Positions 9,838 through 19,480 of a DNA stretch of 64,000 nt are shown here, in pieces. The stretch's first letter is position 1; the number at the start of each line of letters is the position of its first letter. The stretch comes from a virus (taxonomy: Duplodnaviria > Caudoviricetes): positions 1 to 64,000 of the IMG/VR virus record IMGVR_UViG_3300014205_000010, one strand, 5' to 3'. The position numbers were made by a program, and so were the translations under genes. A model generated the notes under the pieces. The model worked only from the letters and a program-made list of their open reading frames with translations. It was not told where the DNA came from and ran no database searches.

Positions 9838-10651
9838 TAGAGATCCTCTAACAGGTTTATATCTATGTCCTGGGGATCAGCACTGGACTAGACTCTTTGG
9901 CATGACTAGAAAGAAACTTTTTAATAAACTGCTTTATATGGTTATTGATTGGGAAGGTCAAGAGCTAGGGGTCAGAAGATCTCCATATGATGCTCATTCT
10001 CTGTGTTATAAATATACTGAAGATGAGGTTACAGATGAATGGGAAGCTTATGCGCCTTTCCAAAAAGAACACCTTGAGGATATGAATGAATTTGATACTT
10101 CGGAATGGCTTTATACTTGCCTCGGCAGTTTTAACTTTACCGGGCATGAAGTCTTTACCACTTACAACTTCCTGGAAAGAATTGAATATAAACCAAAAAA
10201 TATTCTTGACTTTCATAGCGTTATTGGTCTTCATGCTCTCCTACTGTCTAAACTTTATCCTTCTACTGATGTGGTCTACTTCCATCCTGTTCCTCGCACC
10301 TATGAGTTTGTTCGTGACTGTCTTTTTCCTGCATTTCATGTCAAGGCTGATATCATAACTGATATAAATAAAGTTTCAAAAGCAGATTTAGTATGTTCAT
10401 ATGAGGTTTTTGAAAGAGATCCAGAGCCAATGCAACTTATGCAAACCTGTATAAAAACTATTGGTACTTTTTTCAGTACTAGTAATTGTTGGACTAGACC
10501 TGCAAGAACACACTTTAAAGAATATCTGATAAATGATCAGTGGGTTCCTGAAACTGGAGCAGCTAGAGCTTATAATTCTTTAATAGGTGAACAGCTTAAA
10601 AAGGTAGCCAAAGGCTGGAATTCAAGACCAACTATATATATGAAGGAGTAG
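9815..10651 (+). CDS. Methyltransferase-fold paralogue of 8772-9620 with eroded SAM motif
   Basis: Shares SEW(F/L)Y, ADL..SYE and GWN.RP motifs with 8772-9620; motif I reads LDFHSVIG. Confidence 0.7.
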   Translation: MMNLSLADRDPLTGLYLCPGDQHWTRLFGMTRKKLFNKLLYMVIDWEGQELGVRRSPYDAHSLCYKYTEDEVTDEWEAYAPFQKEHLEDMNEFDTSEWLYTCLGSFNFTGHEVFTTYNFLERIEYKPKNILDFHSVIGLHALLLSKLYPSTDVVYFHPVPRTYEFVRDCLFPAFHVKADIITDINKVSKADLVCSYEVFERDPEPMQLMQTCIKTIGTFFSTSNCWTRPARTHFKEYLINDQWVPETGAARAYNSLIGEQLKKVAKGWNSRPTIYMKE

Positions 10652-10654
10652 GCC

Positions 10655-11260
10655 ATGGCTGTAGCCCCGTATATAGAAGCACAATATTGGAAAGATCATA
10701 TTAATGGCATGATCATTAATGATCTGAAGGATGGTATATTTGGAAATGTTTTATTTATAGGCTGTAATCACGGAGCTGAAGTTGAGGTTGCATGGGAATT
10801 ATGCGAGAATGCTACTTCTCTTAATGGCCTAGATATAGATAATGATGCTCTGTCTTTTGCATATCGTAGAAAAGTAGGTAATTTCTTTGCCCATGATATT
10901 AGACAGAAATTACCAGATGAGCCTAAGTATGATACAATTATCAGTTTTCATACACTTGAACATTTTGATGATGAAGAGTTAAAAACCGTAGTTGATAATA
11001 TATATGCTGCTCTTAATAAGGGTGGGTTGGTTATAGTGTCTGTTCCTTATCTTCATGCTTATCCAACTACGGAACACAAGCAATTTTTTGACCACAAGTC
11101 TCTCAGAAAAGCTTTCAATAAGTTCGATGTTACGCATTGCCAGAGAGATGACAGAGTAGATAAACATGGAAATAAACACGACGTTATTACTTTAATGGCA
11201 AGGAAGAATTTTAATGAAAATCGGATTAGTAGTAACTCCAATAATCCAGTGTCCGCCTGA
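10655..11260 (+). CDS. Class I SAM-dependent methyltransferase
   Basis: LFIGCNHG, GLDID, YDTIISFHTLEHF, LNKGGLVIVSVP. Confidence 0.85.
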   Translation: MAVAPYIEAQYWKDHINGMIINDLKDGIFGNVLFIGCNHGAEVEVAWELCENATSLNGLDIDNDALSFAYRRKVGNFFAHDIRQKLPDEPKYDTIISFHTLEHFDDEELKTVVDNIYAALNKGGLVIVSVPYLHAYPTTEHKQFFDHKSLRKAFNKFDVTHCQRDDRVDKHGNKHDVITLMARKNFNENRISSNSNNPVSA

Positions 11261-12224
11261 GAGATACGGTGGTATTGAACGGGTAGCGTATTGGCTTGGA
11301 CAAGATCTTGTGAAACTTGGTCATAAGGTTACATTGTTTGCTAGAGATGGTTCGTATCTTGAAGGAGCAGAAGTCATTACTTTTCTAGGGTCAGAAGGAA
11401 AAGAGTATGCTTCTCTTATAGCCCAGAAACACCGTGGAACCTATTTTGACGTTATTCATGATTTTACGCATGATAAGCATTTAACTGGTCACTTTAGATA
11501 TGAATCTAGAGTAATTAATACACTTCAAGGCCTTGCTAAAAGAGGGCCTAATACTGCTTGTATATCATATGCTCAAAGGAAACATCTTTATGGCGAACTT
11601 GCTACTTACCCGGTTGTTTACAATCGCGTTCCTACTGATTATTTTGTGCCTATTAATAATCCAACTCGCGACTATCTTCTCTACATGGGCAGCGTTAATG
11701 ACTACAAGGGTGTTGATATCGCAGTTGAAGTTGCCATTGAAACAGGAAACGTCTTAAAAATCTGTGGGCCAGCCTGGGATTCAGCATATTTTGATAAATT
11801 CGTTAAGCCAAAAATCGGAGATAATATTCAATTTATTGGAGATGTTGGTGGTGAAGAAAAACTCAGTCTTTTACAGAATGCTAAGGCTTTGTTTCACCCA
11901 GTCAGGTGGTGCGAAGCCGGAGCTATTATTGTTTCGGAATCTATTTCTTGTGGTACTCCAGTTGTTGGTTCTTACAATGGTGTCATCCCCGAGCTTGTTT
12001 CTCCAGCTGTTGGTAAGCTTGCATTTGTCTTACCTTTTGATGAATACAAGCATGGTTCTGGCGGCTGTTATAACAAAGAAGGAATGATAGAAGCAGTAGA
12101 GACTATAGACGAAATTGACAGAGATACGTGTAGAGGATATGCTGAAGCATATTTTGACAAGAGCAAATCTACAGTTGAATATCTAGAATTATATGCTAAA
12201 ATAACTTCAGGAGAAAACTGGTAA
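11214..12224 (+). CDS. Glycosyltransferase, GT4 (GT-B)
   Basis: PPERYGGIER, GHKVTLFA, YKGVD, EAGAIIVSESISCGTPVV. Confidence 0.9.
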   Translation: MKIGLVVTPIIQCPPERYGGIERVAYWLGQDLVKLGHKVTLFARDGSYLEGAEVITFLGSEGKEYASLIAQKHRGTYFDVIHDFTHDKHLTGHFRYESRVINTLQGLAKRGPNTACISYAQRKHLYGELATYPVVYNRVPTDYFVPINNPTRDYLLYMGSVNDYKGVDIAVEVAIETGNVLKICGPAWDSAYFDKFVKPKIGDNIQFIGDVGGEEKLSLLQNAKALFHPVRWCEAGAIIVSESISCGTPVVGSYNGVIPELVSPAVGKLAFVLPFDEYKHGSGGCYNKEGMIEAVETIDEIDRDTCRGYAEAYFDKSKSTVEYLELYAKITSGENW

Positions 12225-12548
12225 ATGGAAGCTGCGCAGCCTAGACTTAATTCAACATGTGCAAATGCCATGAAAAAATGGGGCAGGCCAGTTGATTGGG
12301 ACAAAGTAAATGGTACGCTCTCTTGCAACTATTGTGGGTCTATGACCGTCGAAGATTTTCAAGTTCAGCTAGAGACACTTCACGTAGACTTTTTTGAAAT
12401 TAATCTAGAAAGAAAACAAATTAGTATTAGAAGAAACCAGGCTCCATTTAGATTTTGCCATTACCACCTGTTTGATGATGGAGCTACTCAGGAATCTGCT
12501 GATACTATGTGGAATATGATAATCGAGAAGCTCGATGCCAAATCTTGA
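12225..12548 (+). CDS. Hypothetical protein with CxxCG motif
   Basis: Starts immediately after the upstream TAA; CNYCGS. Confidence 0.6.
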   Translation: MEAAQPRLNSTCANAMKKWGRPVDWDKVNGTLSCNYCGSMTVEDFQVQLETLHVDFFEINLERKQISIRRNQAPFRFCHYHLFDDGATQESADTMWNMIIEKLDAKS

Positions 12549-12687
12549 CCACGAGCATGAATTCGAATGCAAGCAGTGCTATGCACGCCCGGACCCGGTT
12601 CCGGCCAAGTGGAACACATGGTGCAGTGCCCTAGCTATTGTGTGTCCAACCGTCCTCCTGATGTTCGTCAAGTGGATGAATTCATGA
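12535..12687 (+). CDS. 50-aa Cys-containing peptide with hydrophobic C-terminus (below ORF-track cutoff)
   Basis: MPNLDHEHEFECKQCYARP...ALAIVCPTVLLMFVKWMNS; its TGA overlaps the GT2 ATG (ATGA at 12684-12687). Confidence 0.5.
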   Translation: MPNLDHEHEFECKQCYARPDPVPAKWNTWCSALAIVCPTVLLMFVKWMNS

Positions 12688-13382
12688 CTAAAGCTGATTT
12701 AATTGTATCAGTTCATGTTGTAGACGAGCCCTCCTTGGATTACCTTAGGCAATGTCTGAACTCAATTATTCAATTTACTCCAAGAGAGTTATATACTCTT
12801 ACCTGTGTTATTGATCGGGGTTATGATGGAACAGCCGAATTTATCCGTGACCATTACTGGTCCAAAGGTCACGTTGACTTCGTGTTATATAATCGAGATC
12901 AACAGGGCTACACAAGAACAAATAACATCGGCCTTGAGAGATCTGAAGCTGAGTGGGCCGTCCTCCTTAATCTTGATCTCGTTGTTAACCAAAGATGGCT
13001 CGAAGATCTTATTGACTGCGGAGAACGGAGTATGGCAGGTGTGGTCGGATGTAAGCTCCTTGATGATTCGGGACTCATCAATCATGCTGGCGCTTATGGA
13101 GTTGGGTCACATCGTGGCATGAATGAACTCAATATCAACTATTTCGAGGAGGAAGAAGTTGAATGGGTTACTGGTGCCTGTTTTATGATAAATAAAAAGC
13201 TTCGAGATGCCATTGGTAATCTTGATGAATATTATCCGCATTGGGGTAGCGACAGAGAATATTGTCTTAAGGCTAGAGAAGCTGGTTTCAAGGTTATGTA
13301 TTCTCCCGTAACTATCACACACTATACTGAGCGATCTAATTCTGAAGAAGTCAAAGCTATGTTTAAGGATTTACCGCGCTAA
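12684..13382 (+). CDS. Glycosyltransferase, GT2 (GT-A, WbbL/rhamnosyltransferase-like)
   Basis: YLRQCLNSI, GYTRTNNIG, VLLNLD, WVTGACFMI, SDREYCLKAREAG. Start re-called at 12684. Confidence 0.88.
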   Translation: MTKADLIVSVHVVDEPSLDYLRQCLNSIIQFTPRELYTLTCVIDRGYDGTAEFIRDHYWSKGHVDFVLYNRDQQGYTRTNNIGLERSEAEWAVLLNLDLVVNQRWLEDLIDCGERSMAGVVGCKLLDDSGLINHAGAYGVGSHRGMNELNINYFEEEEVEWVTGACFMINKKLRDAIGNLDEYYPHWGSDREYCLKAREAGFKVMYSPVTITHYTERSNSEEVKAMFKDLPR

Positions 13383-13582
13383 TGAATAATAAAGCTACTG
13401 TTACCTGGACAGACGTACCTTTAGAAGCAAATAAAGTTATTGCTCCAGATTTAATTTGTTTTGATCATTACCTAAAGAGGTCTGGTGAATATAATAAAGC
13501 TGGTAAGCCATATGTTGCTCTGGTTCAATATGAAGATCTTGGACCAGAATGTATTGATTGTGCAATGGAAGTGGATGTGTAG
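13382..13582 (+). CDS. Small hypothetical protein (CxxH...CxxC)
   Basis: TAATG coupling to the GT2 gene. Confidence 0.5.
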   Translation: MNNKATVTWTDVPLEANKVIAPDLICFDHYLKRSGEYNKAGKPYVALVQYEDLGPECIDCAMEVDV

Positions 13583-13653
13583 TCCTATTAGATAGGTGAG
13601 TTGACGTTGACAGTCATCATCCTGCAATGTTATCGCGATAAGGAAACAATATA

Positions 13654-14682
13654 ATGAGTATAAATCTTGGATATGTACGTGGAAATGTATCAAATCATCA
13701 GGACTACGTTATTTTTAGTGAAGTTCACTCACAATCTCTAGAAAAAATTAACGTAGCTTGTTGCGCAACTAAATTTGAAAAAAACAATTTCTGGGATAAA
13801 GGAAAGATAAGGCAGCGTTCTTATGTCGATATTGAAGATATTATATCTGGCGAGTTTGATATTCTTGATGTTAGCGAGTTTTATCGGGATTATAGCCAGT
13901 CTATACTCTCAAAATTCAACGGAAAAAAGTCGGTTACTGTCTTCGATAATTTACCTTTTGGTATTTCTGGCGGTAATGCTGGTGCTCTATCTGCTAATGC
14001 CGATTTAATTATCGCTAGAACGGCTATGATTAAGAATATGCTCTTGCTTGAAGGTGTTCCAGATGAAAAGATTCAGATTATTCCTAGTGCTGTAGATACT
14101 ACTTATTTTAAGCCTGGTATTAATACAGGTAATAATAATATTGTATTATTCTGTGGAAGGTTAGCACCAGAAAAAGGGTTGTGGGACCTTATTGTCGCCA
14201 TGACTGGTTTAAAGGCTGAATTGCATGTTGCGGGCGAAGGAGACATCAGGCCATATCAGACCTTAGCAAGTAAGTGTAAGGTCAATATGAAGTATCATGG
14301 AAAGATTGAATACTCTGGTCTAGCCAGTTTTTATAGATCTGGCAGTATACTTGTTGTTCCATCTATTCCGAAGATAGATGCATATAATCCTGCAAACTCA
14401 TGGGTTGAACAGTTTGGCATGGTTATTCTTGAAGGTATGTCCACTGGATTACCTGTTATTTGTTCTGACACTGGGTCAGCTAGAGATATTTTTGGTGTTA
14501 CCAAAGCTGGATTATTATTTCCGCCAAGAGCTTGGGATATACTTAGAGATCAGATAGTCATGCTGTTGAATAATAGCGCTATGAGAAACGAGCTTGGCGG
14601 AAAAGCTCTTCGCAGAGCCAATAGCACATTTTCTACCTTAAATGTAGGCAGATTATTAGCGGAGGCATATAGTGAGCTTTAA
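13654..14682 (+). CDS. Glycosyltransferase, GT4
   Basis: AVDTTYFKP, FCGRLAPEKG, EQFGMVILEGMSTGLPVI. Confidence 0.9.
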   Translation: MSINLGYVRGNVSNHQDYVIFSEVHSQSLEKINVACCATKFEKNNFWDKGKIRQRSYVDIEDIISGEFDILDVSEFYRDYSQSILSKFNGKKSVTVFDNLPFGISGGNAGALSANADLIIARTAMIKNMLLLEGVPDEKIQIIPSAVDTTYFKPGINTGNNNIVLFCGRLAPEKGLWDLIVAMTGLKAELHVAGEGDIRPYQTLASKCKVNMKYHGKIEYSGLASFYRSGSILVVPSIPKIDAYNPANSWVEQFGMVILEGMSTGLPVICSDTGSARDIFGVTKAGLLFPPRAWDILRDQIVMLLNNSAMRNELGGKALRRANSTFSTLNVGRLLAEAYSEL

Positions 14683-15349
14683 AATATCTGTAGCAATGAT
14701 AGTACAAAATGACGCGAAAAACGTTTATCGAGCTCTTGAGAGTTGTGATTTTGCAGATGAAATTATTATTGTAGATGGTGGAAGTCAAGATGATACTCTC
14801 AGGCAGATAGGCAAATATATGAGTAGCTCTCCTATTCCAGTTACTATTTTACAGAGTATATGGCCTGGAGATTTTTCAATTCAGAGAAATATATCATTTA
14901 GACATTGTGATTCAGACTGGATAATAAGATTAGATTCTGATGAACAGTTTGGTGTAAAGTTTAGAAATGTTTTAAGGCCATTATTGTCGGAAATTCCAGA
15001 AGATGTTTTATCTGTTAGGATAAGACAATGTAATTTAATAAATAATAATTATGAATATGCCGCCAATTTAGGAGGCTGGGAGACACACCCAAGAATATTT
15101 CGGTCAAAAATTGGAGATGAAAAAATAGATCTTAACTGGAATGGTAAAGTTCATGAGTGGGTTAGTGGAGTATCTCATAGATGTTTAGACTGGAATGTTT
15201 GTGTTATTCACTATGGCTGGATAGATAAGGAAAAACTTAAAGAAAAAGAGCTGCATTATATTAATATACCAGGTTCTGGATTTGAAACTGAAGGTTCACT
15301 TACAGATAGATATTATGTTGTTAGAGATTTACCTCAAGGAGTGATTTAG
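14672..15349 (+). CDS. Glycosyltransferase, GT2
   Basis: ISVAMIVQN, DEIIIVDGGSQDDT, DFSIQRN, WIIRLDSDE (DxD), GKVHE, HYG. Confidence 0.9.
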   Translation: MSFKISVAMIVQNDAKNVYRALESCDFADEIIIVDGGSQDDTLRQIGKYMSSSPIPVTILQSIWPGDFSIQRNISFRHCDSDWIIRLDSDEQFGVKFRNVLRPLLSEIPEDVLSVRIRQCNLINNNYEYAANLGGWETHPRIFRSKIGDEKIDLNWNGKVHEWVSGVSHRCLDWNVCVIHYGWIDKEKLKEKELHYINIPGSGFETEGSLTDRYYVVRDLPQGVI

Positions 15350-17661
15350 TGAAAATATGTATTTATTCTTCTCATCATGGAACTAAGTCTGGTGGAGAGA
15401 ATCACTCTCTTAGCCTGATAGATTCCTTGAAGGATAATTATGACGTTACGGTTATGATTGATCACTACAAACAGGATAGAAATGAAGAAATTTATGAATT
15501 CATGGGCGATGAATTCAGGGACAAAGTAACGTTCGTCCCCTTGGATATTCCATCAATCAAATTTTATGATGTCTTTATCAATATTAACCATGGTTTCATG
15601 CTTCCTCCTCTGGCTAGGAGAAATATAATCCTGTGTTTTTATCCTCAATTTGTTTGGGATACCAATGGATACGACACTATAATTACAAACTCTAGTTTCA
15701 CAAAGCAACAGATTGTAGAACGCTGGAAAAGAAAAGAAGATGATATTCATGTTGTTTATCCAGTTCTTAATCTTGAGCAGTTCTTTTCTGTTGAAAAGAA
15801 AAGACAGATTTTAACCATTGGTAGATTTTTTCAAGTACCTGATGGAAATAACAAAAACCACAAGGTCATGATAGAAGCTTTTAAACGTCTTGATGATCCA
15901 GAAGCCAAGCTTATTATTGTTGGCTCTATTCAAGATCGGCAATACTATGATGAATGTGTTGAACTTGCTAGGAATCATAATATAAGTTTCATGCACGATG
16001 TTTCGCAGGGCATGCTTATAAAACTATACGCTGAATCAAAAGTTTATTGGCATGCTGCTGGTTATGAAGCCAAATATCCATCTTCGATGGAGCATTTTGG
16101 TATGGTAGCTCTTGAAGCTATGGCCTCTAAATGTCTTCCTATTGTGCATAATTCAGGTGGTATGCCTGAATCAGGAGCAGCTACATGGTCTGATATATCA
16201 ATTCTTATCGAGAAAACTAAAGTGGCCCTTGATAATCAAGCTGATTCATTTGCATGGCCTGATCTCAGCAAATATTCAGTGGAGAATATTAAGGAACAAT
16301 ACATAGAAATTATTGAAAAGCCTATTGCAGTATATCGCCCAAGTGAGGCAGATACATTCGATAGACCAACTGTGAGGGTATCTATTGACCCTAAAGAGAT
16401 CACGGTAGGCATCATCGGAGATGCTCCAAATCTTACCACTGGATTCGGTCTTGTTGAAAAAATGTTTGGCCAAGGCTTTAAGCAGGCAGGATTTAATGTT
16501 ACTCAGATTGGTGTTCAAGATGAAAATACTGAACCTAAACAAGATGATCCATGGAGAGTATGGAGGCCAGGACATAGTCCTATTACAGCAGAAATTCTTC
16601 ACCGATGGATAACTAAAGATAAACCGAATATCTTGTGGCTCAATTATGACGCTGGAAATATTGCAAGTTGGCTTAATATGCTAGCTTCAATTAAGTGTCA
16701 GATACCTGTGATAGCATATTTTCCTGTTGAAGGTTTTCCTATTCCAAGAGGATTTGGCGAAATGGCTAGAATGATAGCAAAGCCTATAACTTATCTGAAA
16801 TGGGGCTCAGATTTATTTAGAGACCAGGAAAATGTTGATGTAGATTGGGTTCCTCACGGAGTTAATCATGCTCCTTTCAGGAGATTTTCTGAAGAAGAAC
16901 GAAGAAATCTCAAAGAAGGCGTTGGTTGGCAAGATAAATTTGTTATCGGATTTTTTGGTAGAAATAAGAGAACTAAGCAACACCCAAGGGTTATTGAAAC
17001 TGTCAGAATGTTAAAGGAAGAAGGCATTACTGATTTAGTTCTTTACATGCATACTCAGAATTTTGAACATAATATGATGAATGGCTGGGCATTAGATCAG
17101 ATTATTGAATATAATGGTGTATCTGAAATGGTTTGTATACCTCCAAATTTTAATCAGACGCATGGTGTTTCATATTCTGATCCTACTCCTATAGATGACA
17201 TCGCTGTTTCAGCTATAGACTGGGATAATGACCCTAAAGCTGCTCAGAAAGCTCATAATCTTGTTTTGAACTCATATAGTCTCGTAGAAAGATACAATCT
17301 CTGTGATTTGTTTATTAGCGTATCTCAGGCTGAGGGATTTAACCTACCTCTAGGTGAGGCTATGGCTTGTGGAGTACCAATAATATGTGTAAATGATTCT
17401 GGCTCTCAATCTGAGGTAGTTGGTGAGGCTGGTATTCTTATAGATCCAATTGAATGGGATACTTGGCATGTTGGAACCCTGCTTCCAATCGTTTCAAAGA
17501 AAAAGCTCATGTTTGAAATCATGAAGGTTATGGCTGACCCACAACTTAGGGCCACCATGAGTGATGCTTCCTTGGAAAGAGCTAAAAACTACCTCTGGGA
17601 ATACTCAACCTCTAAAATGAATAAGATAGTAATAGAAACCTATAACAAGGTGCTATCATGA
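15349..17661 (+). CDS. Tandem double GT4 glycosyltransferase (770 aa)
   Basis: Two GT-B catalytic signatures: EHFGMVALEAMA and EGFNLPLGEAMACG; second domain starts at IIGDAPNLTTGFG. Confidence 0.88.
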   Translation: MKICIYSSHHGTKSGGENHSLSLIDSLKDNYDVTVMIDHYKQDRNEEIYEFMGDEFRDKVTFVPLDIPSIKFYDVFININHGFMLPPLARRNIILCFYPQFVWDTNGYDTIITNSSFTKQQIVERWKRKEDDIHVVYPVLNLEQFFSVEKKRQILTIGRFFQVPDGNNKNHKVMIEAFKRLDDPEAKLIIVGSIQDRQYYDECVELARNHNISFMHDVSQGMLIKLYAESKVYWHAAGYEAKYPSSMEHFGMVALEAMASKCLPIVHNSGGMPESGAATWSDISILIEKTKVALDNQADSFAWPDLSKYSVENIKEQYIEIIEKPIAVYRPSEADTFDRPTVRVSIDPKEITVGIIGDAPNLTTGFGLVEKMFGQGFKQAGFNVTQIGVQDENTEPKQDDPWRVWRPGHSPITAEILHRWITKDKPNILWLNYDAGNIASWLNMLASIKCQIPVIAYFPVEGFPIPRGFGEMARMIAKPITYLKWGSDLFRDQENVDVDWVPHGVNHAPFRRFSEEERRNLKEGVGWQDKFVIGFFGRNKRTKQHPRVIETVRMLKEEGITDLVLYMHTQNFEHNMMNGWALDQIIEYNGVSEMVCIPPNFNQTHGVSYSDPTPIDDIAVSAIDWDNDPKAAQKAHNLVLNSYSLVERYNLCDLFISVSQAEGFNLPLGEAMACGVPIICVNDSGSQSEVVGEAGILIDPIEWDTWHVGTLLPIVSKKKLMFEIMKVMADPQLRATMSDASLERAKNYLWEYSTSKMNKIVIETYNKVLS

Positions 17662-17879
17662 GCAATCTAGAAAATAGAAATGAAGACCTGTATAAGCTTG
17701 TCCGCGCTTATCCTAATCTGGTCTATGAGTTAATCAGTTTTGTTACTGAACCGGCTGTAGTTAAACTATTATCAGCTGGAGGACAAAATCATGGCGAACT
17801 TACTTTTACAGTCGTTAAAGGAGAAGTAGTTTCTCTAAAGCCGTCAATGGAATTAAAGAGAAATTATGAGATAACATGA
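17658..17879 (+). CDS. Small protein, DUF2292/YezD-like
   Basis: HGELTFTVVKGEVVSL pattern; ATGA-coupled to neighbours. Confidence 0.5.
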   Translation: MSNLENRNEDLYKLVRAYPNLVYELISFVTEPAVVKLLSAGGQNHGELTFTVVKGEVVSLKPSMELKRNYEIT

Positions 17880-18157
17880 CTACATATAGGTTCGGCGAAT
17901 ATACTTTTTATTTTGAGGCCGGGCTGTTACAAATTGGTAGTAAGATTGTGCAACTTACTGTTCTTGAAGGTGATGTTTTACGGGAACTTTGTATTCAGCA
18001 TCCTAGCCCAATCAGAGATGTAAATGGTATGGACTTTAACTCTTTTAAACAGATAATATTTAGGCTTAGACGGAAAATTAATAAAGATTTCTGTAAAACA
18101 AATTTTGGCAGAGGTTATGTTCTGAATTGCGATAACGTTTCTAATTTGTCTGGCTAG
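17876..18157 (+). CDS. Stand-alone OmpR/PhoB-type winged-helix DNA-binding protein
   Basis: YRFGEYTF...VQLTVLEGDVLREL...IIFRLRRKI...TNFGRGYVL matches the Trans_reg_C pattern. Confidence 0.75.
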   Translation: MTTYRFGEYTFYFEAGLLQIGSKIVQLTVLEGDVLRELCIQHPSPIRDVNGMDFNSFKQIIFRLRRKINKDFCKTNFGRGYVLNCDNVSNLSG

Positions 18158-18191
18158 TTATAAGATAAAACCACAATTGCCGAGAATTGTC

Positions 18192-18223
18192 TGGGGTTGG
18201 ATTATTTCCAGCCCCATTTTTTT
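18192..18223 (+). terminator. Rho-independent terminator
   Basis: TGGGGTTGGA-TTATT-TCCAGCCCCA stem followed by T7. Confidence 0.7.
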
Positions 18224-18235
18224 GTTGAGGTTTGT

Positions 18236-19477
18236 ATGAACGCTCAGGACATTGATGAATTTGATCCGAATGAAAATCCAGAAAACGATGAGCAAGATGA
18301 AGAGCTTGATCTTCAGAAGGATGAAATTGTTCCTACTGAAGATAGATCTGTTTCTCTCATGTTTACTCTGGACAAAGACGTCAAAGAAGATGATACTGTA
18401 GAATTTGTCGTTCATCATACTGGAGAATGGTTTGACTGGAGATATGAAACATTTTCTATGACTCGGCAAATGTTAGCGAAAATGAAGTCAAACTTTGAGA
18501 ATAAAGTTCTACATCCAAATGCTCCTATAGATAGGCAGGTGCCTCTTCAAATAGGACATGGATTCTTAGGTGATCCAGGCGCTTTAGGTTGGGCTAAATC
18601 CTTGAAAATTGAAAAAGACAAGGAAAAACACTGGGTTCTTAAGGGTACTTTTAAGCTTAGCGCAGAAGGTAAACAGGTTATTTCGGATGGAAAATATGTT
18701 TTTATGTCTCCGAAATATGACGCTGAATACCAAGAGCAGGCTATAATTAATGGTGAGAGAAAAATGCATGGCCCAACTCTTATGCATGTCGCCCTCACCA
18801 ATGACCCGGTTTTAGCAGAGCTACCTCATATAGCTCTGTCGAAGCAGCCTATGTCAAAAGATGTAGGCTATGTATTTCCTCGGGAGGTAGATATGGCAGA
18901 AGTAGAAGAGACCGAGGTAACAGGTGTAAAGGATCTTGAATCTGTTGCCGAGGAGGAAGAGACAGAGGTAGAACAGCCTAAGCCTACCACTGATCTTTCC
19001 AAGCCAACAAGTCCGCCGGTTATTGAAGAACCAAAGCCGGAGGAAACCATTACTCTTAGTGCGTCTGAATGGAGAGCTCATCAGCTAAACGTTCAGAATA
19101 TTGCTACCAAGCTCGAAAGAGAATCCAAGCGTAGCCACAATCTTGCGGTTGAGGCTATCATAGAGAAGCACTCCGCTAGGGGTGTTCCACCTGCCATTTT
19201 GAATGTTGTTAAGCCGATTATGCTTGCATCTAATGCTGAAGCTACTCGAGCTATAACGCTTTCTACAGCTGATGGCAAGAATAAGGCAGTTAATATTTTC
19301 GAGGCAATGGGCACGCTTCTCGATAGTATTCCAGCTGTAGAACTCGGTCAGAAGACCCCAGAAGATGGCACTAAGCCGAATTCGACTATGGATCTTGAAC
19401 AGGCTGAAAAGCTTGGTAGAGAAATGTGGTCGAAGAGTGGTCTTGTTCCAGGCTTTAATTTCAAAGAGGACCAGTAA
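18236..19477 (+). CDS. Prohead protease/scaffold (Mu gpI-like)
   Basis: GAGG RBS before ATG 18236; IGH, ALGW, KYVFMSPKY, GPTLMHVALTNDP; acidic coiled scaffold C-terminus. Confidence 0.85.
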   Translation: MNAQDIDEFDPNENPENDEQDEELDLQKDEIVPTEDRSVSLMFTLDKDVKEDDTVEFVVHHTGEWFDWRYETFSMTRQMLAKMKSNFENKVLHPNAPIDRQVPLQIGHGFLGDPGALGWAKSLKIEKDKEKHWVLKGTFKLSAEGKQVISDGKYVFMSPKYDAEYQEQAIINGERKMHGPTLMHVALTNDPVLAELPHIALSKQPMSKDVGYVFPREVDMAEVEETEVTGVKDLESVAEEEETEVEQPKPTTDLSKPTSPPVIEEPKPEETITLSASEWRAHQLNVQNIATKLERESKRSHNLAVEAIIEKHSARGVPPAILNVVKPIMLASNAEATRAITLSTADGKNKAVNIFEAMGTLLDSIPAVELGQKTPEDGTKPNSTMDLEQAEKLGREMWSKSGLVPGFNFKEDQ

Positions 19478-19480
19478 ACT

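Noticed and set aside
6375-11260. MTase cluster as DNA methyltransferases or a restriction-modification system
   Set aside because: No DPPY/NPPY/SPPY or PC motifs; signatures match small-molecule or sugar methyltransferases.
13630-13641. Perfect 12-bp palindrome TTATCGCGATAA before the GT4 gene
   Set aside because: Single copy; several such palindromes are expected by chance in 64 kb.
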